From NCBI GenBank assembly GCA_965216755.1, contig CBDCGL010000011.1, forward strand, positions 4,640,001 through 4,704,000: DNA of 64,000 nt, in the 5' to 3' direction. This document shows, in pieces, positions 19,030 through 30,859 of the stretch. A program made the position numbers and the translations under genes. The stretch comes from Alphaproteobacteria bacterium (lineage in GTDB: Bacteria > Pseudomonadota > Alphaproteobacteria > UBA7887). Position 1 is the first letter of the stretch. Each line of letters opens with the position of its first letter. The notes below the pieces were generated by a model. That model did not search any database, had not been told where the DNA came from, and worked only from the letters and a program-made list of their open reading frames with translations.

Positions 19030-20256
19030 ATGGACTTCGAATACTCACCGAAGGTGAAGGAACTCCAGACGCGGGTAACTGCGTTTATGGAAGAGCATAT
19101 CTACCCAAATGAGCCTGTATTCCAAGAGCAGCTGAATAGCGCGACGACTCGCTGGAGCATCCCGCCTGTGATGGAAGAGCTCAAGCAAAAGGCACATGCG
19201 GCGGGCCTATGGAACTTGTTCTTGCCGGAAAGCAACCGCGGCATGGGATTGACGAATCTGGAGTACGCGCCGTTGTGCGAAATAATGGGCCGGTCGCCGA
19301 TCGCGCCCGAGGCTTTCAATTGCTCCGCGCCCGATACGGGCAACATGGAGGTGCTGGAGCGCTACGGCACAGAAGAACACAAGAAGCAGTGGTTGGAACC
19401 GCTGCTGAACGGTGAGATCCGTTCCGCCTTTGCGATGACCGAACCGCGCGTCGCGTCCTCAGATGCCACGAATATCGAGTCGTCAATCACCCGCGACGGT
19501 GATGAGTATGTGATCAATGGTCGCAAATGGTGGACGTCAGGGCTTGGCGATCCGCGCTGCAAAATATTGATTTTCATGGGAAAAACGGATCCAAGCGCGG
19601 AGCGGCACAAGCAGCAATCGATGATTTTGGTGCCGGTCGACACGCCGGGGATCAACGTTGTTCGCACGTTACCGGTGTTTGGCTTCGACGATGCGCCGCA
19701 CGGCCATTGTGAGGTTGATTTTGAGAATGTGCGTGTGCCGGCCACCAACATTTTGCTGGGCGAAGGGCGCGGCTTTGAGATCGCGCAGGGACGTCTCGGA
19801 CCTGGTCGCATTCACCATTGCATGCGTTTGATCGGGCTGGCCGAGCGGGCTCTGGAAAAAATGCTCGTGCGTGTCAAGAACCGCGTTGCTTTTGGTAAGC
19901 CGTTGGCGGAGCAGGGTGTGATTATGGAACATATCGCCGAATCACGACTCGATATTGATCAATCGCGGCTTTTAACGCTGAAGGCCGCGCACATGATGGA
20001 TACCGTCGGCAATAAAGCCGCGCGCAAAGAAATTGCCATGATAAAGGTCGCTGCCCCAAATATGGCGTTGCGTGTGATTGATCGGGCGCTGCAAGCGCAT
20101 GGTGGCGGTGGCGTGACCGAGGGCTTCGGTTTGGCTGAGGCTTGGGCAAACGCGCGCACATTGCGGTTGGCGGACGGCCCGGACGAAGTGCATCGCGCGG
20201 CCATTGCGAAGCAGGAATTGCGGCGTCAGATTCGACCGGAAATTACCAACAGCTAA
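19030..20256 (+). CDS. Acyl-CoA dehydrogenase (ACAD10/11-like)
   Basis: [52 protein letters not shown]. Confidence 0.92.
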   Translation: MDFEYSPKVKELQTRVTAFMEEHIYPNEPVFQEQLNSATTRWSIPPVMEELKQKAHAAGLWNLFLPESNRGMGLTNLEYAPLCEIMGRSPIAPEAFNCSAPDTGNMEVLERYGTEEHKKQWLEPLLNGEIRSAFAMTEPRVASSDATNIESSITRDGDEYVINGRKWWTSGLGDPRCKILIFMGKTDPSAERHKQQSMILVPVDTPGINVVRTLPVFGFDDAPHGHCEVDFENVRVPATNILLGEGRGFEIAQGRLGPGRIHHCMRLIGLAERALEKMLVRVKNRVAFGKPLAEQGVIMEHIAESRLDIDQSRLLTLKAAHMMDTVGNKAARKEIAMIKVAAPNMALRVIDRALQAHGGGGVTEGFGLAEAWANARTLRLADGPDEVHRAAIAKQELRRQIRPEITNS

Positions 20257-20262
20257 GACGCG

Positions 20263-21033
20263 ATGGATCGACTCAAAGATAAGGTCGCGATCATCACCGG
20301 CGGTGCCTCGGGGCTTGGCAGGCAGTCCGCCATCCGCATGGTCGAGGAGGGCGCACATGTCATTCTGACCGATCTCAACTCCCTGACGGGTCAGGCAACC
20401 GCGGACGAGATCGGCGGCGATACGATTTTTTTGGAACATGACGTGGCGCACGAGTCGGGTTGGCAAGCGGTGATGGATGTTGTCCTGCAGCGTCATGGCC
20501 GCTTGGACATCCTGGTCAACAGTGCCGGCGTCGGGTTCATGAACAATATAGAAGACGTATCTCTTGATGAATGGCGCCATGTCCACGCGGTCAATTTGGA
20601 CGGTACGTTCCTGGGCTGCAAATACGCGATTGGTGCGATGAAACGGACCTCGGTCGAGTCGGCGGCTTCGATCGTCAATATATCGTCAGTCTCTGGGCTG
20701 ATCGGCGGCCACAATTTGGCAGCCTATAATTCCAGTAAAGGGGGCGTTCGGTTGTTGACCAAATCCGTCGCGCTGCATTGCGCGCGCGCCGGCTACAATA
20801 TTCGTTGCAATTCGGTACACCCGACTTTTATTGCCACGCCAATGGTCCAGGCGATGATCGACGCTGGGCCCGATCCGGAACGAGCCCAGCAGAAATTGGC
20901 GCGGCAGGTGCCCCTGGGCCATATCGGCGAACCAGACGACATTGCGTGGGGCGTCGTCTATCTGGCATCCGACGAGTCAAAGTTCATGACTGGCGCGGAA
21001 TTTGTCGTAGATGGTGGTATCACCGCCATGTGA
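20263..21033 (+). CDS. Short-chain dehydrogenase/reductase
   Basis: TGGASGLG, VNSAG, YNSSK. Confidence 0.92.
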   Translation: MDRLKDKVAIITGGASGLGRQSAIRMVEEGAHVILTDLNSLTGQATADEIGGDTIFLEHDVAHESGWQAVMDVVLQRHGRLDILVNSAGVGFMNNIEDVSLDEWRHVHAVNLDGTFLGCKYAIGAMKRTSVESAASIVNISSVSGLIGGHNLAAYNSSKGGVRLLTKSVALHCARAGYNIRCNSVHPTFIATPMVQAMIDAGPDPERAQQKLARQVPLGHIGEPDDIAWGVVYLASDESKFMTGAEFVVDGGITAM

Positions 21034-21053
21034 CAGACGCCCGATCGCTTTGC

Positions 21054-21515
21054 TTACCGATAAACGATGGCCATTGTCTCAGCGATACACGCCGCCCGCT
21101 CTTGATTCTCGATCTCGATCGTTATTTCGCCGGTGATCCGCAGACCGTCATTCTTGACCGGATCAGCGGCCTTGAGCCGGTAGTGGCCGCGGATCCGAGA
21201 GCCAGCTGGAACCGGTGCCGTGAATCGTATCCGATCTGATCCGTAATTGAGGCTTTGGCGCACGGTTTCGAGTTTGTAGATGTTGGCGATCATGATGGGC
21301 ACCATGGACAACGTCAAATAGCCGTGTGCGATTGTCTTCCCGCCCGGAAGCTCCTTTGCCGCACGTTCCGCGTCGACGTGTATCCATTGAAAGTCTCCGG
21401 TCGCTTCTGCGAAACGATCGATCCGTTCTTGATCAATTCTCACCCAGTCGCTCACGCCGATTTCTTGACCCACCAGAGATTGCATTTCTTCAAAGCTCTC
21501 GATCGTGCGCATCAT
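21054..21515 (-). CDS. MaoC/NodN-like dehydratase
   Basis: FAEATGDFQWIHVD, TIAHGYLTLS, NYGSDRIRF. Confidence 0.9.
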   Translation of the reverse strand: MMRTIESFEEMQSLVGQEIGVSDWVRIDQERIDRFAEATGDFQWIHVDAERAAKELPGGKTIAHGYLTLSMVPIMIANIYKLETVRQSLNYGSDRIRFTAPVPAGSRIRGHYRLKAADPVKNDGLRITGEITIEIENQERAACIAETMAIVYR

Positions 21516-21580
21516 GTCCTCTTGCCATAGTTGTCGTATCCTCATAGCGCAATTGATCTGTCCCGGGCTACCATGTGCGC

Positions 21581-22465
21581 ATGACCTCTGATTCGATCAA
21601 AACGATTGGCTTTATCGGCCTCGGCAATATGGGCGGCCCCATGGCATCACGACTTGTCACGGCCGGACACAGTGTCGTTGGTTACGACAAAGCGAACATG
21701 ACCGGTGGCGCCGCAACGGGGATCTCGTTCGCCGCGTCGGTTGCTGATGTGGTCGCGCGCAGTGACGTTGTCTTGTTGTCGCTGCCGGATGGTCGCGCGG
21801 TGAATGCTGTCGGCGCGCAGATTGCGGAGACGGCGGACCGACGCGCGCGGATCGTCGTCGACCACTCGACGATTGGTCCCGCGGCGGCGCGCGAAGTGCA
21901 CAGCACATTGCGCGATCTTGACATCGGTTTCTTGGATGCGCCGGTCAGTGGCGGTGTCGCCGGTGCCCGCGCCGGTAGCTTGGCGATGATGATTGCCGGC
22001 GATCGCGACGTTGCACGCCGCTTGGATCCGATTTTGGCGCCGATGGCCAAGAACCGGTTTCTTGTCGGCGATCAGCCCGGCCAAGGGCAGGTCATGAAGG
22101 TTCTAAACAATTTCCTGTCTGCGGTGGCCATGATCGCCACCAGCGAGGCGGTCAGTTTCGGAGAACGGCAGGGCTTAGACCAATCAACCATGACCGACGT
22201 CCTGAATGTGTCCACCGGCCGGAACAGTGCGACCGACGACAAGTTTCCCAACCGCATTACCCCCGAAACCTTCGATGCGGGCTTTACCGTCGACCTCTTG
22301 ACGAAAGACGTCGGGCTTTATCTGGATGCGGTGCTGAAAACCGGAACCGCGCACGGCGTGGGCGATGTCGTCATTAAAGTACTGCATGAAATGCTGGCGG
22401 CTGAACCCGGTGCCGACTTCACGCGGATTTTTCCTTTTATTCGCGATCGCGCCGATAGCAGCTAG
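21581..22465 (+). CDS. 3-hydroxyisobutyrate dehydrogenase family oxidoreductase
   Basis: GFIGLGNMGGPMA, DAPVSGG, GQVMKVLNN. Confidence 0.9.
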   Translation: MTSDSIKTIGFIGLGNMGGPMASRLVTAGHSVVGYDKANMTGGAATGISFAASVADVVARSDVVLLSLPDGRAVNAVGAQIAETADRRARIVVDHSTIGPAAAREVHSTLRDLDIGFLDAPVSGGVAGARAGSLAMMIAGDRDVARRLDPILAPMAKNRFLVGDQPGQGQVMKVLNNFLSAVAMIATSEAVSFGERQGLDQSTMTDVLNVSTGRNSATDDKFPNRITPETFDAGFTVDLLTKDVGLYLDAVLKTGTAHGVGDVVIKVLHEMLAAEPGADFTRIFPFIRDRADSS

Positions 22466-22572
22466 CAAGCGTCGTGTGCAGGAAATGCGCTTGCGTTGGT
22501 GCGGATTTCCGTTCAAGACGCTGCTCATATTTCAGGGATCGCCGCGGCGACAAAACTTCAGGGGCTTGAAAC

Positions 22573-24666
22573 ATGGCAGAAATGGTCAATTACACGCGCC
22601 AGGGCAAAGTCGGTGTGATTGCGGTGAACAATCCGCCCGTGAACGCACTGTCCGTCGGCGTTCCGCAGGGAATCATCGATGGCCTCAAATCTGGCGGGTC
22701 GGATGATGACGTCGTGGCTATGGTCCTCGTCGGCGGCGGTCGCACCTTTATATCTGGAGCCGATATCAACGAATTCTTGAAACCGCCACCCCCGGGCAAC
22801 GCAACCATATTCGATGTGATTGATGCCCTGGAAGCGGCGACCAAGCCGGTCATCGCGGCTGTACACGGTACGGCGTTGGGCGGCGGGCTTGAGGTTGCGA
22901 TGGCGTGCCACTATCGCTGTGGTGTCGAGCAGGCGCGATTTGGGCTGCCGGAAGTGCTTCTTGGTATTTTGCCCGGTGCCGGCGGGACCCAACGTTTGCC
23001 GCGGCTGATTGGCGTTGAGGCGGCGCTGCCGTTGATGACATCCGGAAGCTTTGTCCCAGCTGCGAAAGCCAAGGATCTCGGGATTATCGATGAAATCGTC
23101 GACGGAGACTTGTTGACCGGAGCAACGACGTTTGCCCAAAACGTCGTCTCGGAAGGCCGGCCATTGCGCAAAGTGCGTGACGAGGCTGCCGCACCGCCAG
23201 ATTCGCCCGACTTCTTTAAGGACTTCGAGGCCTCGTTGGCCAAGCCGGCGCGTGGCTATTTGGCGCCATATAAAATTGTCGAATGCGCACGTGCAGCCGT
23301 CGAATTGCCTTTCGACGAAGGGATCGCCAAGGAACGTGCGCTTTTCCAGGAGTGCATGGCATCGGACCAAGCCAAGGGCTTGATGCAGCTGTTTTTTGCC
23401 GAGCGCGAAGCGAACAAGATCCCCGACGTGCCGCGCGACACGGAAACCCGACCTATTAAGTCGGCGGCGGTGATCGGTGCCGGGACGATGGGCGGTGGGA
23501 TCGCCATGAATTTTGCCAACGTCGGAATTCCCGTGACGGTACTGGAAGTGAAACAGGAACCGTTAGATCGCGGCATGAAGACGATTGCTGGCAACTATGC
23601 GCGGACCGTCAAGCGCGGAAGGTTGAGCCAAGACGCCATGGACCGGCGCATGGCATTAATCAGCCCCACCACGAGCTACGACGACATTACGGACGCCGAT
23701 ATCGTTATCGAAGCCGTATTCGAGGAAATGGACATCAAGAAGGAGGTGTTCGGCATCCTCGACAAGATTGCCAAGCCCGACGCAATTCTGGCCACCAATA
23801 CGTCAACGTTGGATGTGGACGAAATCGCCGCTGCCACCAGCCGGCCTGAATCTGTGATTGGCACGCATTTCTTCAGCCCGGCTAACGTCATGCGATTGTT
23901 GGAGGTGGTGCGCGGTGCCAAGTCGGCGAAAGACGTCATTGCCACATCCATGCGGCTGGGCAAGGCCATCAACAAGGTGCCGGTGCTGGTCGGTGTGTGT
24001 GACGGATTTGTCGGCAACCGCATGCTGGCACGCTATACGCGCCAAGCATTCAAAATGATTGAGGAGGGCGCCCTACCACAACAAGTCGACAAGGCACTGT
24101 ATGACTTCGGCTTGGCCATGGGGCCGTTCGCCATGGGTGACCTGGCCGGACTGGATGTGGGCTGGCGCATTCGAAAACGCCGCGCGGCCGAGAAGGCGGA
24201 AATCCAGGATGCCTCGCCGATCGAGGATCAGATCTGCGAAATGGGCCGGTTCGGCCAGAAGACCGGGGCCGGTTGGTACAAATATGCCGAGGGCGACCGC
24301 ACACCGATCCCTGACCCGGACGTGGAGGCGTTGATTCTGAAACATGCCGCCGATCGCGGGATTAATCGACGACCCATTGATACGCAGGAGATCGTCGAAC
24401 GCTGCATGTATGCGCTCGTGAACGAAGGCGCAAAAATACTTGAGGAAGGCATCGCCATTCGGGCCAGCGACATCGATGTGATCTATGCCAATGGTTACGG
24501 CTTCCCCAGGTATCGCGGAGGCCCCATGTTTTATGCCGATCGCGTCGGATTGAAAGAAGTCTACGATGCTGTGTCACGTTTGTACGATACGTACGGTGAG
24601 GAATGGGAGCCCGCGCCATTGCTCAAGCGACTTGCGGAATCGGGTGGCACATTCAACAAGCGATAA
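22573..24666 (+). CDS. Enoyl-CoA hydratase / 3-hydroxyacyl-CoA dehydrogenase (PimF/FadB-like)
   Basis: NPPVNAL, GGGLE, PEVLLGILPGAGGTQRLPR, GAGTMGGGI, HFFSPANVM. Confidence 0.93.
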   Translation: MAEMVNYTRQGKVGVIAVNNPPVNALSVGVPQGIIDGLKSGGSDDDVVAMVLVGGGRTFISGADINEFLKPPPPGNATIFDVIDALEAATKPVIAAVHGTALGGGLEVAMACHYRCGVEQARFGLPEVLLGILPGAGGTQRLPRLIGVEAALPLMTSGSFVPAAKAKDLGIIDEIVDGDLLTGATTFAQNVVSEGRPLRKVRDEAAAPPDSPDFFKDFEASLAKPARGYLAPYKIVECARAAVELPFDEGIAKERALFQECMASDQAKGLMQLFFAEREANKIPDVPRDTETRPIKSAAVIGAGTMGGGIAMNFANVGIPVTVLEVKQEPLDRGMKTIAGNYARTVKRGRLSQDAMDRRMALISPTTSYDDITDADIVIEAVFEEMDIKKEVFGILDKIAKPDAILATNTSTLDVDEIAAATSRPESVIGTHFFSPANVMRLLEVVRGAKSAKDVIATSMRLGKAINKVPVLVGVCDGFVGNRMLARYTRQAFKMIEEGALPQQVDKALYDFGLAMGPFAMGDLAGLDVGWRIRKRRAAEKAEIQDASPIEDQICEMGRFGQKTGAGWYKYAEGDRTPIPDPDVEALILKHAADRGINRRPIDTQEIVERCMYALVNEGAKILEEGIAIRASDIDVIYANGYGFPRYRGGPMFYADRVGLKEVYDAVSRLYDTYGEEWEPAPLLKRLAESGGTFNKR

Positions 24667-24732
24667 TCCGGCGGTCCAGGACCGTTTCGGCGACGCTGTG
24701 GCAACAAAGTATGTATTCAGCAGGAGTATCAA

Positions 24733-25914
24733 ATGACTGACGCCGTCATCGTCTCGACCGCGCGCACACCGATAGGAAAAGCATTCCGTGGCGCGTTCAA
24801 CAATACCCACGGCGCGACGATCGGCGGGCATGTGATCAAACATGCCGTCGATCGGGCGCAAGTCGACCCCGGTGAAGTCGAGGATGTGATCATGGGCTGC
24901 GCGATGCCGGAAGGCGCGACCGGTGACAACATCGCGCGACAATGCGCGCTGCGTGCCGGATTGCCGGTGACGACGGCCGGTGTGACGATTAATCGCTTTT
25001 GTTCGTCAGGCCTCCAGGCGATTAGCATGGCGGCACAAAGGATCAAGGTCGATCAGGTTCCCGTCATGGTCGCCGGGGGATTGGAGTCGATCAGCCTGGT
25101 GCAGAACAATCGAAACGATCACAGGCTTCATGAAAGCTGGATCGACGATCACAAGCCCGAAGTCTACATGCCGATGATTGACACGGCCGAAGTTGTTGCC
25201 AAGCGATATGACGTCAGTCGCGCGACGCAGGATGAATACGCCTTACAAAGTCAAATGCGTACCGCCGCCGCACAACAAGCCGGACGATTCGACGATGAGA
25301 TCGTGCCCATGCCGACCACCAAATTGGTTCAGGACAGGGAGAGCGGCGCGATTTCCGAGCAAGACGTAACACTTGAAAAGGATGAGGGCAATCGGCCGAG
25401 CACGACCCTGGAGGGTCTCGGCGGACTGGAGCCCGTGCGTGGACCGAACGCGTTCATTACCGCGGGGAACGCGAGCCAGTTGTCAGATGGTGCGTCGGCC
25501 TGTGTTGTGATGGATGCCAAGGAAGCCGAGCGCCGTGGACTTGAGCCGCTCGGTGTTTATCGGGGGCTTTCGGTCGCCGGCTGCGAGCCTGACGAAATGG
25601 GGATCGGACCGGTGTTCGCCGTACCCCGCCTGTTGGAACGGCACGGCCTGACGATGGACGATATCGATCTGTGGGAGCTCAACGAGGCCTTTGCTGTGCA
25701 GGTTCTTTATTGTCGCGACCGATTGGGGATCCCCAACGAGACCCTCAACGTCGATGGTGGCGCGATTTCGATCGGTCACCCTTATGGCATGAGTGGCGCG
25801 CGAATGGTCGGGCACGCATTGATCGAGGGTAGACGGCGCGGCGCCAAATATGTCGTCACGACCATGTGCATCGGTGGTGGCATGGGTGCGGCTGGGTTGT
25901 TTGAGATCAATTAG
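24733..25914 (+). CDS. Acetyl-CoA C-acyltransferase (thiolase, PimB-like)
   Basis: [25 protein letters not shown]. Confidence 0.93.
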   Translation: MTDAVIVSTARTPIGKAFRGAFNNTHGATIGGHVIKHAVDRAQVDPGEVEDVIMGCAMPEGATGDNIARQCALRAGLPVTTAGVTINRFCSSGLQAISMAAQRIKVDQVPVMVAGGLESISLVQNNRNDHRLHESWIDDHKPEVYMPMIDTAEVVAKRYDVSRATQDEYALQSQMRTAAAQQAGRFDDEIVPMPTTKLVQDRESGAISEQDVTLEKDEGNRPSTTLEGLGGLEPVRGPNAFITAGNASQLSDGASACVVMDAKEAERRGLEPLGVYRGLSVAGCEPDEMGIGPVFAVPRLLERHGLTMDDIDLWELNEAFAVQVLYCRDRLGIPNETLNVDGGAISIGHPYGMSGARMVGHALIEGRRRGAKYVVTTMCIGGGMGAAGLFEIN

Positions 25915-25953
25915 GCCGCTATTGCGGCTGTCGAGCTAGCCGCAGATCAGGTT

Positions 25954-25992
25954 AAAAAAAAGCGGCGGTCAGAAGACCGCCGCTGATTTTTT
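25954..25992. terminator. Bidirectional rho-independent terminator
   Basis: A-tract, perfect stem AGCGGCGGTC-agaa-GACCGCCGCT (25961-25984), then T-tract, between convergent genes. Confidence 0.85.
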
Positions 25993-26006
25993 CGGTCGCG
26001 AATGGG

Positions 26007-28136
26007 TTAGGCAATCGCGGCCTTAATTACGTTCGGGGTGAGTGGAAGTTCGCGCCCACGCGCGCCCACTGCGTCATGGACCGCGTTCGCGATCGCCGCC
26101 GGGACAACCGTGACCACCGGCTCGCCCGTGCCGGCCGGGTAAGGGCCGCTTTGGATGAGCACGATGTCGATTTCAGGCACTTCGTTGATACGGAGAACTT
26201 CGAAAGTGTCGAAGTTGATTTGCTCGATAGCGCCGTTGGCCATCGTGGCTTTTTCCTTCAACGCGTGACTGACGCCCCACAGGGCCGAGCCTTGGATCTG
26301 CTGGATACATCCGTCGGGATTGCCCGCCGTACCCACATCCATTGCTACCGTGAGCTTTTGCACGGCCGACGTACCACTGTCGGGATCGACGTGGACCGCG
26401 GCCACACACGCCGTCCACGAAGGTGAACCACGTTCCTGAGCCGTGACGCACGAGATAACCACGCCGACGTTTTCACCGAGCGGTTTGACACCGTATCCGG
26501 CTTGGCCGGCGACGGTGACGAGGGCATTGCGCAGGCCGTGCGCACCGCCAACTCTGTTCGGTAGTGTGCCGGCGTTCTTACCGGTCGCATCGAGAATGTC
26601 CAAGCGCATGTCGAGGGGATCTTTGCCGATCTTGCGCGCGAACTCGTCTATGAAGCTTTCGACCGCCCAGAACGTCTAGCCGGGGGCCATGCGTTTTGTC
26701 GCCCAACCACAACACACCGAGTGATCGAGGGCCGTTGGTTTGCCCGCCGCATCGACGCCTCCCTTGGCGCGCTGATATGTCAAGGATCGATGGAAGTCGA
26801 ACTGCACGTCCTGTTCACGCGTATACACGAGCTTCACAGGTCGCCCCAATTCCTCGGCAGCGAGTGCTGCCGGTATCATTTGCTCTGCTTCGAGACGCCG
26901 TCCGAAGCCACCACCCAAGTATTGTTGGTGGATCATGACGTTCGCTGGATCTACGCCAACCGCTTTCGCGACAATGGCTCCACCGCGCGTTTGCCACTGG
27001 CTGCCGGCGAAAATGTGCCAAACGCCACCTTGTTCAATGACCACCGCGTTTTGCGGTTCCATGACGCCATGATAGTTGATGTTGGTGACACATTCGGCTT
27101 CGTGAGTGGCCGCCGAGCCCGACAAGCCCGATTCGACGTCACCTTCAAGGACGCAGGCGAGACCTGAATTCGGGTCATCGGTCAGGCTCTTGGCGTGCTC
27201 GAGAATGTCGCCATTGCTGACACCCGCGTTCGGGCCAAGGTCCCAGTCGACTTTGATTGCGTCGGCCGCTGCTTTCGCACCATGAAATGTCTCAGCAACT
27301 GCGATCGCATAGCCTTTTTGCGCGTTCGTGGCGTCTTCAGCGACAACTATCCCGATGTAACCGTTAATGCCTTTCGCGGCGGTATCGATGACGCTCTTCG
27401 GCATGGCGCCCCAACGCACTGGTGGGCTGACCCAGTGACTGTAGACCATATTCGGTATGAAGACGTCGATACCATAACGCGCCGTGCCATTGGTTTTCGC
27501 CGGAACGTCGAGGTGCTGCACCGGTTGACCGACAATCTTGTAGTCGCCGAAGCTCTTCAATTCGAGAACCTTAAGCTCGTCTTCGGTAAAGGACCGGCTA
27601 ATGTCGCGCTTGAGACGATTTCCGCATAAGTCACGCTGCGGCCCGTGCCTGAATGGGTGACCGAGCTGTTGCTGGCACCACATTCTCCGGCAGGCACGCC
27701 CATAATTCCGGCGCCGACCTCGATCAAGGCAATCCGTCCGGACGCGCCTGCGCGCGACAGCAGGTCAAAGGTCCAGTTCACGCCCCAGCTGCCACCGGTG
27801 AGCATAGGGCCCCATTTCTCGTGGCTATCAGGATTCGATGCGGATGTCGTTCCGATCGACTTCAAGCTCCTCGGCGACCGATTGGGCGCGCCCCGTACCG
27901 ACATGCTGGCCCATTTCGGCCTTCGTGATATGCACGGTGGTAGTGCCGGACGGTTCCATCGAGATGAAAAGGCTCGGGTCGCAGTTGCCGGCCGCTAACG
28001 CTTCCTTTGCGCTTCCCGGCAGCGTTGGAAGCACAGAGAAGCCCATTACGAGGCTCGCGCCCGCTGCCGCCCAGACCACCATGAATTGGCGACGTGTCAG
28101 GCCTTCCATTTTCGAAACGTCCATGTGCTTGGTCAT
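26007..28136 (-). pseudogene. iorB: Isoquinoline 1-oxidoreductase beta-like molybdopterin subunit, disrupted
   Basis: Tat-like LTRRQF, KAEMGQHV, LGGGFGRR, GEP motifs spread over three frames. Frameshifts near 27835 and 27610, in-frame TAG at 26676-26678. Confidence 0.85.
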
Positions 28137-28591
28137 GGCCAGGCTTCCATCGCGGCGCGTTTGATCGCTTTTTTGATACGAACGGAGGCCATGCAGCGGC
28201 ATGTATTGCCCTGCATGGCATCAACGATTTCATCATCCGACGGTGACGGAACTTCGTTGAGCAGAGCCGCGGCCTGCATGATCTGCCCAGACTGACAGCA
28301 GCCGCACTGCGGAACTTGCTCGGCCACCCACGCTTTCTGAACCGGATGCTGACCCTTGGGGTCGAGGCTTTCAATGGTCGTAATACGCGTGCCGACCGCG
28401 TCCGCCAAATCCACCTGGCAAGAACGTACGGCTTGCCCGTCAATGTGAACAGTGCAAGCGCCACGCAGTCCGGCTCCACACCCGAACTTCGTGCCTGTTA
28501 GGCGAAGCGTCTCGCGAATAAGCCACAGAAGCCGGGTATCATCTGGCGCATCCACGACATGTTGAACGCCGTTTATCGTGAGAAGTGCAAT
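28133..28591 (-). pseudogene. iorA: (2Fe-2S)-binding small subunit, IorA-like, probably inactivated
   Basis: TGTKFGCGAGLRGAC (second Cys replaced by Arg, CGT at 28463-28465), PQCGCCQSGQ, CRC. GGAGG is followed by ATT instead of ATG at 28591. Confidence 0.75.
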
Positions 28592-28822
28592 TTTTCCTCC
28601 ACTGAGTGAGTCGATGGTCTGTGTGCCCTCTCGAAAACCGAACGGAAAAGCATCCATGCGCCTGCCACGGGCGCAAATCTTCGGATTTTGGCCGCGAACT
28701 TAGATCAATTGAGATGCCCCAGCAAGCGCGCCCGTGGACGATAAGGGCCTGCAATCAATAAGGTTTTGGCCTTCGCGAGGCCCAGCCGTCAGGTGGCCAA
28801 GCGTCAGGTGGTGGCGCCTGTT

Positions 28823-29593
28823 TCAGACGCAACGCCCGCCGTCGATTTCCAACATAACGCCGGTAACCAGCGCGGCTTCGTCCGACGCCAAATATACGGC
28901 CGCAGCGGCGATGTCCTCAGGCGTGCTCAATCGTCCCAAAGGAACTGTGGCAACAAATCGCTTCCGCGCTTCATCTGGGTCGCCGTCACCTAGGAAATAG
29001 TCGGATAACATCGCCGTGTCACCGGCGACAGGGCAAATCCCGTTGACGCGGATTTTGTGCTCTGCTACTTCCAGCGCCAGCGCCTTGGACATGGGTACCA
29101 ACGCGCCCTTTGTGGCGTTGTACGCCGCCAGATAGGGTCTCGGGCGAATTGCTGCCGTCGAGACGATATTGACAATGGCACCGCCGCGCCCTTGTTTGAT
29201 CATGACAGGCACGGCATGGCGCGCGCCCAAATAAACGCTGCGCACATTAATCCTGAACAATTCGTCAAAGATGTCTTCTGGCGTATCAACCAGCGCTTGC
29301 GGCCTCTGGCCGATTGCCGCGTTTTGAACCAACACATCCAGGCCGCCGTAGCGTTCGATGGTGGCTTTGATCATGGCCGCAGTCGAATCGGAATCAGAAA
29401 CGTCACATTGGACGGCAAAGCTTGCACCGCCGGCACTGGTAATTGAATCCGCCGTATCCTGAGCGGTGTTGAGATTGATATCCGTGGCGACGACTTGGGC
29501 GCCTTCTTCGGCAAACCGCGTTGCAATCCCCCGGCCAAATCCCGAGCCTGCGCCGGTGACGATGGCGATTTTGTTCTTGAGCCTCATAGACAT
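28823..29593 (-). CDS. Short-chain dehydrogenase/reductase
   Basis: [19 protein letters not shown]. Confidence 0.92.
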   Translation of the reverse strand: MSMRLKNKIAIVTGAGSGFGRGIATRFAEEGAQVVATDINLNTAQDTADSITSAGGASFAVQCDVSDSDSTAAMIKATIERYGGLDVLVQNAAIGQRPQALVDTPEDIFDELFRINVRSVYLGARHAVPVMIKQGRGGAIVNIVSTAAIRPRPYLAAYNATKGALVPMSKALALEVAEHKIRVNGICPVAGDTAMLSDYFLGDGDPDEARKRFVATVPLGRLSTPEDIAAAAVYLASDEAALVTGVMLEIDGGRCV

Positions 29594-29753
29594 TTGTCTC
29601 CCCTGCGATGGTTTGTCAGTGTCGTGTTAAGAAATGCCAATAGCGCAATGGTGTATGCCCAATTTCGCAATTTGTGAATGGGTTTGACACGGCATTAAGC
29701 TGCGACTTGTCTCGCACAATTCGACGGAGTGGGCCTGGTCCCAAGGAGCTCTT

Positions 29754-30812
29754 ATGCAAGTCGGGTTTCGCCGAGCTGAGGATGTGGTCGTGTTACCTTG
29801 GGCAGCGCTCCGTCGCTATCTCGCTGCAGAGGGATTTGTCATGTCCGATGCGGAGCCGCGGCAGTTCGCGGGCGGTATGGGCAATCTCAACTATTTGATC
29901 GAAATCGACGGCAATCCCCACGTATTGCGACGTCCACCACTGGGGCCGATTCCACCCGGTGCCAATGACATGCGGCGAGAACATCGCGTGCTTAGGCGCC
30001 TGTGGCGGGTTTTCGCTTTGGCGCCGCGCAGCGTCGTGTTCTGCGCGGACGAACAGGTCATTGGTGCGCCGTTCTTGATCATGGAATATCGCGACGGCGT
30101 TGCAATCAGCGGCGCGCAGTTGCCGCACTCACTGGACGACCCGGCTTCGGCACGCGCGCTCACCGAAATGCTGATACGCATTCTCGCCGACCTGCACGCT
30201 GTTGCGCCTGAAGAGCTCGGCTTGGCCGACTTCGGCCGTCCCGACGGTTTTTTGCAGCGCGCGGTCGAAGGTTGGACAAAGCGGGCTTTGCTGGCGACCG
30301 ATAACGCGCCGCCGCCTGCGGTCGGCCCAGTGCGTGATTGGCTGCGCGCCCAATACCCACCACGAGTCACACCGACGTTGCTGCACAATGACTTCAAATT
30401 GGACAATGTGTTGATGGCGCGAGACGACTTGACCACGCCGGTGGCAGTGATCGACTGGGACCAGGCGACGCGCGGCGATCCCTTGTTCGATCTGGCAACT
30501 TTGTTGAGCTATTGGACGGAGACCACCGATCCAGACGCTATGCGCCAACTGAGACAGATGCCGACCGCCAGACCCGGAGCGTTATCCCGTCGCGATGCCA
30601 TGGAACTTTACACTGAACTGACCGGCCGCGATTTGAGCGCGTTCAAGTTCCACCGCGTGCTTGCGATGTATAAGTTGGGCATCGTTTTCATCCAACTTCA
30701 CGCACAATATCGTCGTGGCACGGTCGCCGACGATCGCTACGAACCATTCGGACGCATCGGCAGTGGGATCATCGATTTTGCTCACGAGGTCGTCTTGGAT
30801 CGGCTCGCCTGA
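29754..30812 (+). CDS. APH-family phosphotransferase (ACAD10/11 kinase-domain-like)
   Basis: VLRRPP, DMRREHRVL, LLHNDFKLDN, VIDWD, GDPLFDL. Start uncertain. Confidence 0.88.
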   Translation: MQVGFRRAEDVVVLPWAALRRYLAAEGFVMSDAEPRQFAGGMGNLNYLIEIDGNPHVLRRPPLGPIPPGANDMRREHRVLRRLWRVFALAPRSVVFCADEQVIGAPFLIMEYRDGVAISGAQLPHSLDDPASARALTEMLIRILADLHAVAPEELGLADFGRPDGFLQRAVEGWTKRALLATDNAPPPAVGPVRDWLRAQYPPRVTPTLLHNDFKLDNVLMARDDLTTPVAVIDWDQATRGDPLFDLATLLSYWTETTDPDAMRQLRQMPTARPGALSRRDAMELYTELTGRDLSAFKFHRVLAMYKLGIVFIQLHAQYRRGTVADDRYEPFGRIGSGIIDFAHEVVLDRLA

Positions 30813-30859
30813 AACCTGCGGCTCGGTGCAAGAGTCTGCATGAAGAAGGAAAAGGAAAG

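Noticed and set aside
26676-26678. In-frame TAG as pyrrolysine or programmed readthrough
   Set aside because: It sits at an expected Trp codon in a gene with several other lesions, and no pyl genes are in the window.
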